Below, piece by piece: positions 8,921 through 17,750 of a DNA stretch of 42,627 nucleotides; positions within the stretch are counted from its first letter, which is position 1; every line of letters begins with the position of its first letter. This stretch comes from an uncultured Chitinophagaceae bacterium (GTDB taxonomy: Bacteria; Bacteroidota; Bacteroidia; Chitinophagales; Chitinophagaceae), in contig CAZTCQ010000001.1 of assembly GCA_964612525.1 (NCBI GenBank), positions 24,904 to 67,530 of the forward strand, in the 5' to 3' direction. The position numbers were made by a program, and so were the translations under genes. Under the pieces are notes generated by a model. The model did no database searches. It saw only the letters and a program-made list of their open reading frames with translations, and was not told the DNA's origin.

Positions 8921-11900
8921 TTAATCTTTTTTAATGACTTTAAATATTTCTTTATCTATCGAAAGAATATAAACACCTGAGGCAAGCTGACCTAGGTCAA
9001 GGTGATTTTGAATCGATTGAAACGTGCCATTTAAAATTTCTTGACCAATTTGATTTCTCAAAGAGTATTTATGTGACTCTTGTTTTTCAAAGTTTATGTG
9101 TAATCTATCGCTCGTTGGATTCGGAAATATATTCACTGCTAAATCATTATTCAATGACTGAACTTGAAGCGGCCGACCATCGTTTTTCAATAGAATTTTA
9201 TAATCTTCTACCTCTCCATACTGCGAGCCACAAGGCCGCGGCGTGGTGCCCCAATGAGACAATCGTATTCGCATTGTAACCGTATCATTGTCCACACAAT
9301 CCCAAGGAACCGAAAACTGATTGACTACATTATTTGTGGCTGTGTCGATAAACCAAAGTACTTCCTCATCAGGAGTAAATTCTCGGTTGCCGTCAAAATC
9401 AATCCAAGCCGCATAGTCATTTCTGGCCCAACTTGTATTCGCCGAAATGTCCAAGCTGTAAGTTGAATCAGCCTTTAGAGTAACTACAGGATTGGAGTAT
9501 AAGGTGTAGCCATCATTAGTAGAGCTATTGTTGATAGATTCAAAAACAACATCTGTGATAAAATAATTCCCATCACGGTCATGTCCTGTTGCACCGCAAT
9601 ATTCAAAGGGTTGCTGCGTATACATGAATTTATACGTCTCAGAAGTGTCATTAGAACTTCCTACAGCCACAACCTTAAAATAAACTTTTGTTCCCACGGC
9701 CACATTAGGAATTGGAGTAACCGTTTGCCAAGTAGAGTCAAATGAATTGGTCATGGCAATCTGGTTTCCAAAAATGGGAGAGCCCGTTGACCATTCTAGA
9801 TAAACGTTACTCAATGTTTGCTGATAAGAAATTTTACTACTTACCGTTTGATCCACTCCAATTTTAGGACGGTCTGTTGTAGGGGGGGAAGTAATTGTAG
9901 TATGCACAATAGCCGGGTAGTCTTCTCTACCTACTAAACTATACTCCCATAGTCCGCGACCCCAAGTGGCTGCTTTTAGTGTATTACTGCCGTAATTAAT
10001 GTTCAATTCTCTTACACTTACATTTGGTAAGTTTGTGTTATACAAAGACCAGGTAGTCGACCCCATAGGCATAGTATAAACACCAATTTCAGCTCCTACA
10101 TAAATATTTCGAGCAGGAGTATGATCTACAGTGATAGAACGAATGGGCATACTGCCTAAATTATGAGTAATGTTGGACCAAAGGGTACCGCCATTTGTAC
10201 TCATGTAAATTTTTCTGTTGTCAGCATTAAAATGCCCAAACACAACAAAAATGGTTTCATCGTCTTGAGGGTCAAAAGCAATATCTTCGATATTGTAAGT
10301 AGGTAAGTTATTTTTTATGCTTACAAACGTTTGTCCACCATCCACAGATTTAGCAATAGAAGAATTTCGAGCAATTACAATAATGTTAGAATTGTTTTCA
10401 GCAATGGCGGCATGTTTTATATTACCCGTAAAAGTGGCAGGCTTTCCTAAGTTGATATGATTGTCACCAAAATCTTCTGATTTGTAAATCGAATCTCGAA
10501 AATCATAAACCACCATGTGATTATTAGGATCAAAGGCTAGGGGAGCAATCCAATCGGCCGCGTTACTACCCGCTGGTGATCCGCCACCTTGTGAAATACC
10601 ACCATTGGTAGTTCGTCTTCGATTTCCAAATTGTACACTACCCATAAACCAGTCTTCATTCAAAGGGTGAACAATGGCTTCCATACCATCCGCACCGTAA
10701 AATTCTACCCAACCATCTTGAATGCTCACACTCGTTCCATTATCCTGTGAGCCACAAACCACTTTATAATGATTGCTTTGACTCACACCTATTCTATAGT
10801 TTTCTCTGATGCCAATTTTGTCACTCAGTATTTGCCACGTGATTCCGTTATCTGTACTTTTTGTCAAAAAACCATCGGTAGTTACATAAAATACTCCATT
10901 CAAACATTTGGCATTTCTTACATCCGCATGAATATAATCAGTACTTGTTCTGTAACTATTCTGTAAACCATTTCCTGCACCGTTTGTGTTTCCCAACGAC
11001 CAATAAGTTACCTGATTAAAGTTTTTTCCACCGTCTGTGCTTTGTTCCAAATCAACGTAACCATATATCATTACTGAAGTATCTAGATCACTTACAGCAA
11101 ATCCTCGGCAAGACTGAGCGGGATTACTCATAAAGTCAAAACTAGCTCCGGCGTCCGTTGATTTCCATACGCCATTAGAAGTAGCTGCATACAAACAGGA
11201 GGGACAATCAGCACTTGTTGAAATTTCTAAATTTGTAGTATTATTATTTCCTACCAAAGTAGCCGTGCTAGAAAACGTAAGACCTAAATCAGTTGATTTT
11301 AAAATCACGTTTCTAAACTGACTTTCATTATTGTACATATAAATTACATTGTCGTCCGTAGGGTGAAATGCAAAATCAGTAATATCATTTGGATTGTAGA
11401 GCTGAGTCCAAGTTTGTAAATTATCATCTGATCTGAATAGACCGCTTGACGTTCCTACAAAAACAAGGTTAGGCACACGAGGATGGTACACGATTTCATA
11501 AATTTTGAAAAAAGAGCCTAAGCCGCCTAAGTTAATCGTGGTAGGATTAAAATTTGTTTGCGACCAAGTGTTGGCTCCATCAACACTTCTGTAGATACCA
11601 TGAGAAATACCATTTTGAGCATTCTGCACATTGATTAAAATGGAGTCAGGGTTTGTTGGGGAAACAGAGAAAGTATTTACCCCAGAGGCGAATAAGTTAT
11701 CTGTATTTCCGCTGCTCCAAGTCTGACCGGCATCATTGGACTTCCAAAGCCCCCCGCTACGGGAACCTAAATATATTCTATTTGGATTGGTAGGCGCCAC
11801 GTGCATATCCTCAATACGACCTAAACCAGCAGCGTAATGACCAGTTATACTATCAATAGAAACAGGGCCCACTTCATTCCAACCGTTAGGAAATAATTTA

Positions 11901-12196
11901 TGGCTACTACCGTAGTTGGTAATGAATTTTTCATACTGCTTAGATACGAAATAAGGATCAACGCTACTTCTATCTCCGCTCGGGTAGTATTTAAACTCGT
12001 TCGCTTCTTTCCAACGCTGAAATGGTTTCCAGCCACTTCCTTTTTTTTCTTTATCAATCGTTTTAAAATAACTTTCTGCTGCTTCGCAAACAGTATAAAA
12101 ATTTACACTTGGATTGTGCATCATTTTTTTATAAGATGGATTTTGGGCCAAAGCGGCCGTACTAATAAAACAAAGGAATACTAATATTTTTTTCAT
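8921..12196 (-). CDS. T9SS-secreted BNR/Asp-box repeat protein with a GEVED domain and C-terminal sorting domain
   Basis: 1091 aa with signal peptide MKKILVFLCFISTAALAQ. It has at least 10 Asp-boxes (KSNDAGQTWSS, RSVDGANTWSQ, KSTDNGITWQI, KSVDGGQTFVS ...). The GEVED motif is encoded at 9203..9217, and the tail is a Por/T9SS-type domain. Confidence 0.88.
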   Translation of the reverse strand: MKKILVFLCFISTAALAQNPSYKKMMHNPSVNFYTVCEAAESYFKTIDKEKKGSGWKPFQRWKEANEFKYYPSGDRSSVDPYFVSKQYEKFITNYGSSHKLFPNGWNEVGPVSIDSITGHYAAGLGRIEDMHVAPTNPNRIYLGSRSGGLWKSNDAGQTWSSGNTDNLFASGVNTFSVSPTNPDSILINVQNAQNGISHGIYRSVDGANTWSQTNFNPTTINLGGLGSFFKIYEIVYHPRVPNLVFVGTSSGLFRSDDNLQTWTQLYNPNDITDFAFHPTDDNVIYMYNNESQFRNVILKSTDLGLTFSSTATLVGNNNTTNLEISTSADCPSCLYAATSNGVWKSTDAGASFDFMSNPAQSCRGFAVSDLDTSVMIYGYVDLEQSTDGGKNFNQVTYWSLGNTNGAGNGLQNSYRTSTDYIHADVRNAKCLNGVFYVTTDGFLTKSTDNGITWQILSDKIGIRENYRIGVSQSNHYKVVCGSQDNGTSVSIQDGWVEFYGADGMEAIVHPLNEDWFMGSVQFGNRRRTTNGGISQGGGSPAGSNAADWIAPLAFDPNNHMVVYDFRDSIYKSEDFGDNHINLGKPATFTGNIKHAAIAENNSNIIVIARNSSIAKSVDGGQTFVSIKNNLPTYNIEDIAFDPQDDETIFVVFGHFNADNRKIYMSTNGGTLWSNITHNLGSMPIRSITVDHTPARNIYVGAEIGVYTMPMGSTTWSLYNTNLPNVSVRELNINYGSNTLKAATWGRGLWEYSLVGREDYPAIVHTTITSPPTTDRPKIGVDQTVSSKISYQQTLSNVYLEWSTGSPIFGNQIAMTNSFDSTWQTVTPIPNVAVGTKVYFKVVAVGSSNDTSETYKFMYTQQPFEYCGATGHDRDGNYFITDVVFESINNSSTNDGYTLYSNPVVTLKADSTYSLDISANTSWARNDYAAWIDFDGNREFTPDEEVLWFIDTATNNVVNQFSVPWDCVDNDTVTMRIRLSHWGTTPRPCGSQYGEVEDYKILLKNDGRPLQVQSLNNDLAVNIFPNPTSDRLHINFEKQESHKYSLRNQIGQEILNGTFQSIQNHLDLGQLASGVYILSIDKEIFKVIKKD
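8924..9142 (-). other. T9SS C-terminal sorting domain (last ~73 aa of the 1091-aa protein)
   Basis: LAVNIFPNPTSDRLHINFEK...GQLASGVYILSIDKEIFKVIKKD. This shows the canonical [IV]-x-[IVL]-[FY]-P-N-P start and G-x-Y hydrophobic end of Bacteroidota secretion-system C-terminal domains. Confidence 0.8.
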
Positions 12197-12210
12197 TTAA
12201 TTTTAAATTA

Positions 12211-12612
12211 CTAGGGCAAATAAAGTGGACTCTTAGGATTAATGTTTTTTATTATTTTTTTAAATGCCTGGCCTTCCTTGCTGAAGTATAGAATGGCCTC
12301 TTCATTGCCATTAGCATTCTGGTTTTTAGCATGATTAGCGTTTAGGCGCAAACGCATTCTGTTACTACTCACATTAACCGGAGTAGTGACTCCTCGGAAA
12401 ACAATGCTATCCATATTTACACTTTGTGCAACAGCATTTTCAAAATTGATTTTCAAATAATCAAAAGTTGTACCCCCTTGTTGACCAGGAATTTCTTTTT
12501 GCGTAAAGGCTTCTTTCAATACTAGGTTTTTATCCATTGTATACAGTTTTGGAGTACAGCCTACTATACCGCCAAAGCCGATCATAGTAAGTAAAAATAG
12601 TAATTTGCTCAT
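12211..12612 (-). CDS. Hypothetical lipoprotein
   Basis: 133 aa. MSKLLFLLTMIGFGGIVGC has a lipobox Cys. It sits 10 nt downstream of cobB and 14 nt upstream of the T9SS gene, all on the same strand. I recognise no domain. Confidence 0.6.
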   Translation of the reverse strand: MSKLLFLLTMIGFGGIVGCTPKLYTMDKNLVLKEAFTQKEIPGQQGGTTFDYLKINFENAVAQSVNMDSIVFRGVTTPVNVSSNRMRLRLNANHAKNQNANGNEEAILYFSKEGQAFKKIIKNINPKSPLYLP

Positions 12613-12622
12613 GGTGGTAAAA

Positions 12623-13312
12623 TTAAACCTTATTCATCAATAAATCCACAACTCGTTTTACACCAATAGTTGCCTTTTCAGTGTAGCTTTCTATATGATT
12701 CTGGGATGCTACATTCGGTAGATTTTTATCAATTAAGTAGATAGGAATTTCTTTTCGCACATAATTAACCAAGCCTGCAGCGGGATACACCTGTAAACTA
12801 GTGCCGACGATTATCAGGATATCTGCTTGTTGACAAAGTGCGATAGCCTTATCCATCATCGGTACCGCTTCGCCAAACCAAACGATAAAAGGACGCAATT
12901 GATGACCATCCGGTGACAATTCTCCCAAAGAAATATCTCCCTGAATGGGGAAGGTTAGCTCTTTATTGATCGCGCTGCACATTTTAAATATTTCACCGTG
13001 GAGGTGACATACGTTTGAGCTACCCGCTCTTTCGTGAAGATCGTCAATATTTTGAGTTACTATAGCCACGTCAAATTGATCCTCTAATCTTACTAATTCT
13101 GTGTGAGCCGCATTGGGTTCAACATTAGTAATGTTTTTTCGTCTTTCGTTATAAAATCGAAGTACGAGTTCTGGGTTTCTTTCAAATGCTTCAGGAGTAG
13201 CCACGTCATGGATGTCATGATTCTCCCAAAGACCATCGCCGTCCCGAAAAGTTTGAATACCACTTTCTGCACTGATACCTGCACCACTCAGGACTACTAT
13301 TTTTTTCTTCAT
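12623..13312 (-). CDS. cobB: NAD-dependent protein deacylase, Sir2/CobB family
   Basis: 229 aa. It has GAGISAESGIQTFRD (NAD loop), QNIDDLHERAG, catalytic HLHG and LRPFIVWFGE. It is short and single-domain. Confidence 0.88.
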   Translation of the reverse strand: MKKKIVVLSGAGISAESGIQTFRDGDGLWENHDIHDVATPEAFERNPELVLRFYNERRKNITNVEPNAAHTELVRLEDQFDVAIVTQNIDDLHERAGSSNVCHLHGEIFKMCSAINKELTFPIQGDISLGELSPDGHQLRPFIVWFGEAVPMMDKAIALCQQADILIIVGTSLQVYPAAGLVNYVRKEIPIYLIDKNLPNVASQNHIESYTEKATIGVKRVVDLLMNKV

Positions 13313-13426
13313 AGATTATTAAATATAAAAATAGTTCAACTAGCAACAGGCACATTGAAGATATTTTGTCTAAAATCAAGACACAATTTGAAATTCATCA
13401 ATGAAGCCTCCCTTAGTTTTTTCCAT

Positions 13427-13434
13427 TACTTTTG
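13427..13434 (+). promoter_or_regulatory. Bacteroidota -7 promoter box (TAnnTTTG)
   Basis: TACTTTTG lies 14 nt before ATG 13449. It falls inside the 16-codon extension of the track ORF that begins at 13401. No clear -33 TTG. Confidence 0.4.
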
Positions 13435-13448
13435 ATTTGCTTTTAAAA

Positions 13449-15362
13449 ATGTTCAGCGGTCGTTACATTTTATGGATTTTATTTTTTGTTCTTTCGGGGC
13501 TGAGTAGTGCTGCGCAAAAAAATAGTTCCACCTGTGAGAGTTTAGTAAAACGGAAAAAAGTTTCCAAAGCCATAAAATGTTACGAAGATTGGCTAAAAAC
13601 TCACCCCCAAAATGTAAAAGCGAGTTGTCGCTTGGCAGAACTTTATTACAATCAGTCAGATATTTCTAAAACTAAAAAATATGCTACCCGAGCAGCTAAC
13701 TTAAATGCGAATGATGCCTATGATCCACTGTATTATTTAGCCAGAAAAATGTCCTTCAAACGAGATAATACCAATGCCGTTTTTGTGTTAGACTTGCTAG
13801 CCAATCGTGTTTCTGAAGTGAGTAAAAAGGAAAAAATCGCAGCATTGAAAGGGAACTATTTACTTCAGAAATATGAACTGAAACAGCCTAGGTATAATGT
13901 GCTTTTACTAAACGTCGGTGACAGTATTAATACTATAGATGCGGAATATTTACCGAGCTTATCGCTCGATGGAAACACCATGGTCTTTACACGAAGAATT
14001 CAAGGCGCCAATGAAGATTTTTTCATTACCACTAAAGATTCAAATGGTGTTTGGACCCAAGCGCAGAACTTGGGTTACCCGCCCAATACTGGATATCCTG
14101 ACGGTGCTGCTAAGCTGAGTGCAGACGGCAATTATCTGTTTTTTACTCGTTGTGATATGCGTAGCCCAAACGGATACGAACGCGGAGGTTGCGATTTGGT
14201 TTTTTGTTATCGCACGGGTCAAAAAAATGGTAAGATAATTTGGAGTGACCCTCAGTATTTTAAATACACAATTAACACAGTTTTTTACGAAGGGCAACCT
14301 TGTTTAAGTAGTGACAATAAAGATCTTTATTTTGTAAGTGATCGAGAAGGAGGCGTGGGTGGAAAAGATATTTATGTATCTCATTTTGTAAATAATTTTT
14401 GGACCAAGCCCGAAAATTTAGGTCCTCAAATTAATACGACAGGAGACGAAACTACTCCCTTTATTCACCCGGATAATGAGACGCTTTATTTTGCTAGCAC
14501 GGGTCATCCAAATTTGGGTGGGGCCGATATTTTTATGAGTCGTAAAATGTCGGATAAAAAATGGCAACGAGCTCTTAATCTAGGCGCACCTATAAATTCT
14601 GATCAACGAGATGGTGGCATAACGATTAATGCAAAAGGAGATTTGGGTTACTTAGGAACGGAGCGAGCTGGTAGTAGAGGGAAGCTAGACATTTACAGTT
14701 TTGAATTGTACGAAGGCATTCGACCCATACCGACTCTTTGTTTAAAGGGAAAAGTCTTTGACAAAAAAACGAAGGACATTTACACGGAAGAAAAGATAAG
14801 ATTCGCAAAATGGCCGAGTAATTCAACGCTAACTGAAAATAAATCGAATAAAGGAGATGCGAGTTATACTCAGGCGCTGCATCTAGGGCAGCAGTATTTA
14901 CTCACCGTAAATCATCCGGGCTATCGGCCGTTTTATAAAATAGTGGACTTGCGAAAAGATACATTTTCAGATAATGTGATTCAAAATATTCGGCTACGCA
15001 TGCCGGGCTTAATTGACACCTTGGAGACGTATCGACTTTACTTAGATTCGGCTGACCAGTTCACAGAAGAATCTAAAAAGTTGTTTGAAAAAATTAAGGC
15101 TAAGGTGCCGCTTTGGTTGGAAGATTCTGCTCAGATAAAATTGTATATGCAAACATATTACTACTATGGAGATAGCGATACGGATAAGGTTTCCTACACC
15201 TATTTCAAAAGGCGGTATGAGAAAGCAAGAGAGATTCGAAATCAAATGCTTGAGGCTCATTTTCCTGAATCAAATTCTATACTTCGAATTGACCCTTTTA
15301 TCTGGCGCGACGAAACTGAAAGTTTAAATTACATTGAAATGAAATTTGTAGAGTTTTATTAG
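13449..15362 (+). CDS. Secreted TPR / PD40 (TolB-like beta-propeller) / CarboxypepD_reg-like protein with a degenerate OmpA-like C-terminus
   Basis: The track ORF starts at 13401. I prefer ATG 13449 (MFSGRYILWILFFVLSGLSSAAQ, a signal peptide preceded by a -7 box). PD40-like repeats are present (SLSLDGNTMVFTR, KLSADGNYLFFTR, CLSSDNKDLYFVSDR, FIHPDNETLYFAS). They are followed by GKVFDKKTK..LTVNHPGYRP and an OmpA-like but divergent tail. Confidence 0.7.
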   Translation: MFSGRYILWILFFVLSGLSSAAQKNSSTCESLVKRKKVSKAIKCYEDWLKTHPQNVKASCRLAELYYNQSDISKTKKYATRAANLNANDAYDPLYYLARKMSFKRDNTNAVFVLDLLANRVSEVSKKEKIAALKGNYLLQKYELKQPRYNVLLLNVGDSINTIDAEYLPSLSLDGNTMVFTRRIQGANEDFFITTKDSNGVWTQAQNLGYPPNTGYPDGAAKLSADGNYLFFTRCDMRSPNGYERGGCDLVFCYRTGQKNGKIIWSDPQYFKYTINTVFYEGQPCLSSDNKDLYFVSDREGGVGGKDIYVSHFVNNFWTKPENLGPQINTTGDETTPFIHPDNETLYFASTGHPNLGGADIFMSRKMSDKKWQRALNLGAPINSDQRDGGITINAKGDLGYLGTERAGSRGKLDIYSFELYEGIRPIPTLCLKGKVFDKKTKDIYTEEKIRFAKWPSNSTLTENKSNKGDASYTQALHLGQQYLLTVNHPGYRPFYKIVDLRKDTFSDNVIQNIRLRMPGLIDTLETYRLYLDSADQFTEESKKLFEKIKAKVPLWLEDSAQIKLYMQTYYYYGDSDTDKVSYTYFKRRYEKAREIRNQMLEAHFPESNSILRIDPFIWRDETESLNYIEMKFVEFY

Positions 15363-15393
15363 CATTCCTCAAGATTAGAAACGAAAGCTAAAG

Positions 15394-15401
15394 TACCTTT
15401 G
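15394..15401 (+). promoter_or_regulatory. Bacteroidota -7 promoter box (TAnnTTTG)
   Basis: TACCTTTG lies only 7 nt before ATG 15409. This implies a leaderless or near-leaderless mRNA. Confidence 0.4.
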
Positions 15402-15408
15402 CTTCCTT

Positions 15409-15906
15409 ATGATTACGATTATGGCAGGAACCAATAGAGAGGGGAGTAATACCTTAAAAGTAGCCAAAGAGTATCAACGTTTTTTTGAGAAGGAAGAGGT
15501 GGAAACCACCTTGTTTTCGCTCGAAAAAATTGATATGCTTAAACGAAATGCTGATTTTATATCCCTAGAAGAAACTTACCTGAAGCCTGCCGAGAAATTT
15601 GTTTTTGTACTTCCAGAATATAATGGAGCCTTTCCGGGTATTTTCAAGTTGATGATTGATATGTCAGAAATAGCAAGCTGTTGGCCAGATAAAAAAGTAA
15701 TGTTGGTAGGTTTAGCAACTGGCCGAGCCGGTAATTTAAGAGGGCTAGATATCATGACCAATATTTGTAATTATATTAAAATGGAAGTGCTGCCCAATAA
15801 AATTCCATTGTCGAGTATTAGTTCTGAATTAGAAAATAATCAGTTTATAAAAGAGGATACTATCGAAGCGATTCAAAATCAAATCAAACAGTTCATATCT
15901 TTTTAG
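15409..15906 (+). CDS. NAD(P)H-dependent FMN reductase-family oxidoreductase
   Basis: 165 aa. MITIMAGTNREGSNTLKVA matches the flavodoxin-like S/T-x-R-x-x-S-x-N/T phosphate loop. LPEYNGAFPGIFK matches the family core. Confidence 0.75.
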   Translation: MITIMAGTNREGSNTLKVAKEYQRFFEKEEVETTLFSLEKIDMLKRNADFISLEETYLKPAEKFVFVLPEYNGAFPGIFKLMIDMSEIASCWPDKKVMLVGLATGRAGNLRGLDIMTNICNYIKMEVLPNKIPLSSISSELENNQFIKEDTIEAIQNQIKQFISF

Positions 15907-15907
15907 A

Positions 15908-17158
15908 ATGAGAAAATTTCCGATCCTCAAAGCACTTGTTGTTTTAATCAGCATTGTTTTGATCGAGTGTTTGGCCTATCTGGCTGTGGATAGATTCACA
16001 GATGTTCATGGAGAGACCGTGGGTTTGTTTGTCAAAACTTTTTATTTAATTCTAACCGCAATTTGGCTCTCAGTCTTTTTTCTTTTTTCACGTTTACGCA
16101 ATTCCAATAGAACGAATAGTCTTGTCAATTTCGGCTTAGTTTTTTTTATGGCTTTTTTCGTTTTGAAGGCAGTCTTAGCCCTTTTCAGATTATTGGATGA
16201 GCTAAAAAGATTCATCTGTTGGCTCGGGAGTTTTTTATACGATGCATCGGATTTACCCTCCTGGCTATCAGAAGGCTTAACTTCATCGTACTTCATGTGG
16301 ACGTTGGGTTGGGTTGTGGGAGCCATAGTCTTTTTCTCATTTTTCTATGGCATAGCTAATCGCCATCGCTACAAGGTGCAACACCTCACGCTTTTATTTA
16401 AAAACTTGCCCAAGAGTTTTGACGGGTTCAAGATTATTCAACTTTCGGACATTCATAGTGGAAGTTTTACAAACATGGCGGGTGTACAAAAGGGTGTAGA
16501 TCTTGTCAACGGCTTAGCAGCCGATTTGGTTTTGTTTACTGGGGACTTAGTGAATAACAAAGCTGATGAAATGCAAGATTATCTTGATGTTTTTAAAAAA
16601 ATACAAAGTACACAGGGCGTTTATTCCATATTAGGAAATCACGATTACGGCGACTATCACCAATGGAAAAAACCTGAGGAGAAAGTGCGAAATTTACAGC
16701 AATTAAAGTCTATGCAAGAATCAATGGGCTGGCGTTTATTATTGGACGAAAATGTTCAAATAGAAAAAAATGGTGAGACTATCAGTTTAATTGGTGTTGA
16801 AAATATTAGTTCATCATTTAATAGTTACGGTAATCTATCGAATGCTTATCGAGGAGCGGAAAATTCGACCTTTAAAATTTTAATGAGTCACGATCCGAGC
16901 CATTGGAGCAAGGAAGTAATCAAAGATTTTAAAGATATAGACTTAACCTTGAGTGGACATACTCATGGCTTTCAATTCGGGATAGAAATGTTTGGAATAA
17001 AATGGAGCCCGGCCAAATACATTTACAAACAATGGGCAGGTTTGTATCAGGAAGGTCAGCAGTTTATTTATGTAAATAGAGGCTTCGGATTTTTAGGCTA
17101 TCCGGGGCGGGTTGGGATTCTACCGGAAATAACTCTGATTACGCTTCAGTCGGAATAG
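15908..17158 (+). CDS. Membrane-anchored metallophosphoesterase (YkuE/calcineurin-like)
   Basis: 416 aa. About 4 N-terminal TM helices are followed by LSDIHSG, TGDLVNN, GNHDY, MSHDP and SGHTHG motifs. It starts 1 nt after the preceding stop. Confidence 0.85.
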   Translation: MRKFPILKALVVLISIVLIECLAYLAVDRFTDVHGETVGLFVKTFYLILTAIWLSVFFLFSRLRNSNRTNSLVNFGLVFFMAFFVLKAVLALFRLLDELKRFICWLGSFLYDASDLPSWLSEGLTSSYFMWTLGWVVGAIVFFSFFYGIANRHRYKVQHLTLLFKNLPKSFDGFKIIQLSDIHSGSFTNMAGVQKGVDLVNGLAADLVLFTGDLVNNKADEMQDYLDVFKKIQSTQGVYSILGNHDYGDYHQWKKPEEKVRNLQQLKSMQESMGWRLLLDENVQIEKNGETISLIGVENISSSFNSYGNLSNAYRGAENSTFKILMSHDPSHWSKEVIKDFKDIDLTLSGHTHGFQFGIEMFGIKWSPAKYIYKQWAGLYQEGQQFIYVNRGFGFLGYPGRVGILPEITLITLQSE

Positions 17159-17161
17159 ATT

Positions 17162-17749
17162 TTATTTCAAACTTAAATTCCGTTGCAAGTATTTTCCTAA
17201 AATATCAAACTCTAAATTTACTGCATCGTTCACTGCTAAGTTTTTAAAGCAAGTATTATCATATGTGTACGGAATAATAGTTACTTGGAAACTATGCTGT
17301 CCTACATTGTAACAGGTCAGACTCACACCATTTATAACTATCGAACCTTTTTCAACCATCAAGGCTGCGAAAGAAGCGTCAAACAAAAAAGTGTAGATGC
17401 GATTACCGTCTTCATCAACAACATTGGTGCATTTTCCAACCGTATCTACATGACCTTGCACAATATGCCCGTCAAGTCGGTCGCTCAATTTTATGCCTCG
17501 CTCTAAATTGACTTCTTCGTTTTTTTTCCAATTTCCAATGGTTGTTTTGTCAAGGGTCTCTTGCACGGCACAAACTGTGAATTGATCATTTTCAATATGG
17601 GTAATCGTTAAACAAATTCCGTTGTGCGCCAAAGATTGATCCACTTTTAACTCCTTCGCTAATTCAGATTGAAGCGTCAAAATCAGTTGATTGGGTTTCT
17701 TTTCGACCTCAATCACTTTGCCTAGCGTTTCTATAATTCCAGTAAACAT
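17162..17749 (-). CDS. ribE: Riboflavin synthase alpha chain
   Basis: 195 aa. It has the MFTGIIE..G start and a duplicated lumazine-binding barrel (..SLAHNGICLTI.., ..VINGVSLT..). Confidence 0.92.
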   Translation of the reverse strand: MFTGIIETLGKVIEVEKKPNQLILTLQSELAKELKVDQSLAHNGICLTITHIENDQFTVCAVQETLDKTTIGNWKKNEEVNLERGIKLSDRLDGHIVQGHVDTVGKCTNVVDEDGNRIYTFLFDASFAALMVEKGSIVINGVSLTCYNVGQHSFQVTIIPYTYDNTCFKNLAVNDAVNLEFDILGKYLQRNLSLK

Positions 17750-17750
17750 A

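Noticed and set aside
12623-13312. Sir2-domain gene as a possible anti-phage (Thoeris/DSR/SIR2-HerA-like) effector
   Set aside because: It is a short (229 aa) single-domain CobB-type sirtuin with all deacylase motifs. It has no fused sensor, TIR, helicase or HerA partner. It sits among co-oriented non-defence genes.
13401-13448. Longest-ORF starts at 13401, 18383, 18725 and 42412
   Set aside because: The extensions contain a TAnnTTTG box (13401, 18383, 42412) or overlap the rpsU terminator (18725). The downstream Met gives a canonical signal peptide or Xer N-terminus.
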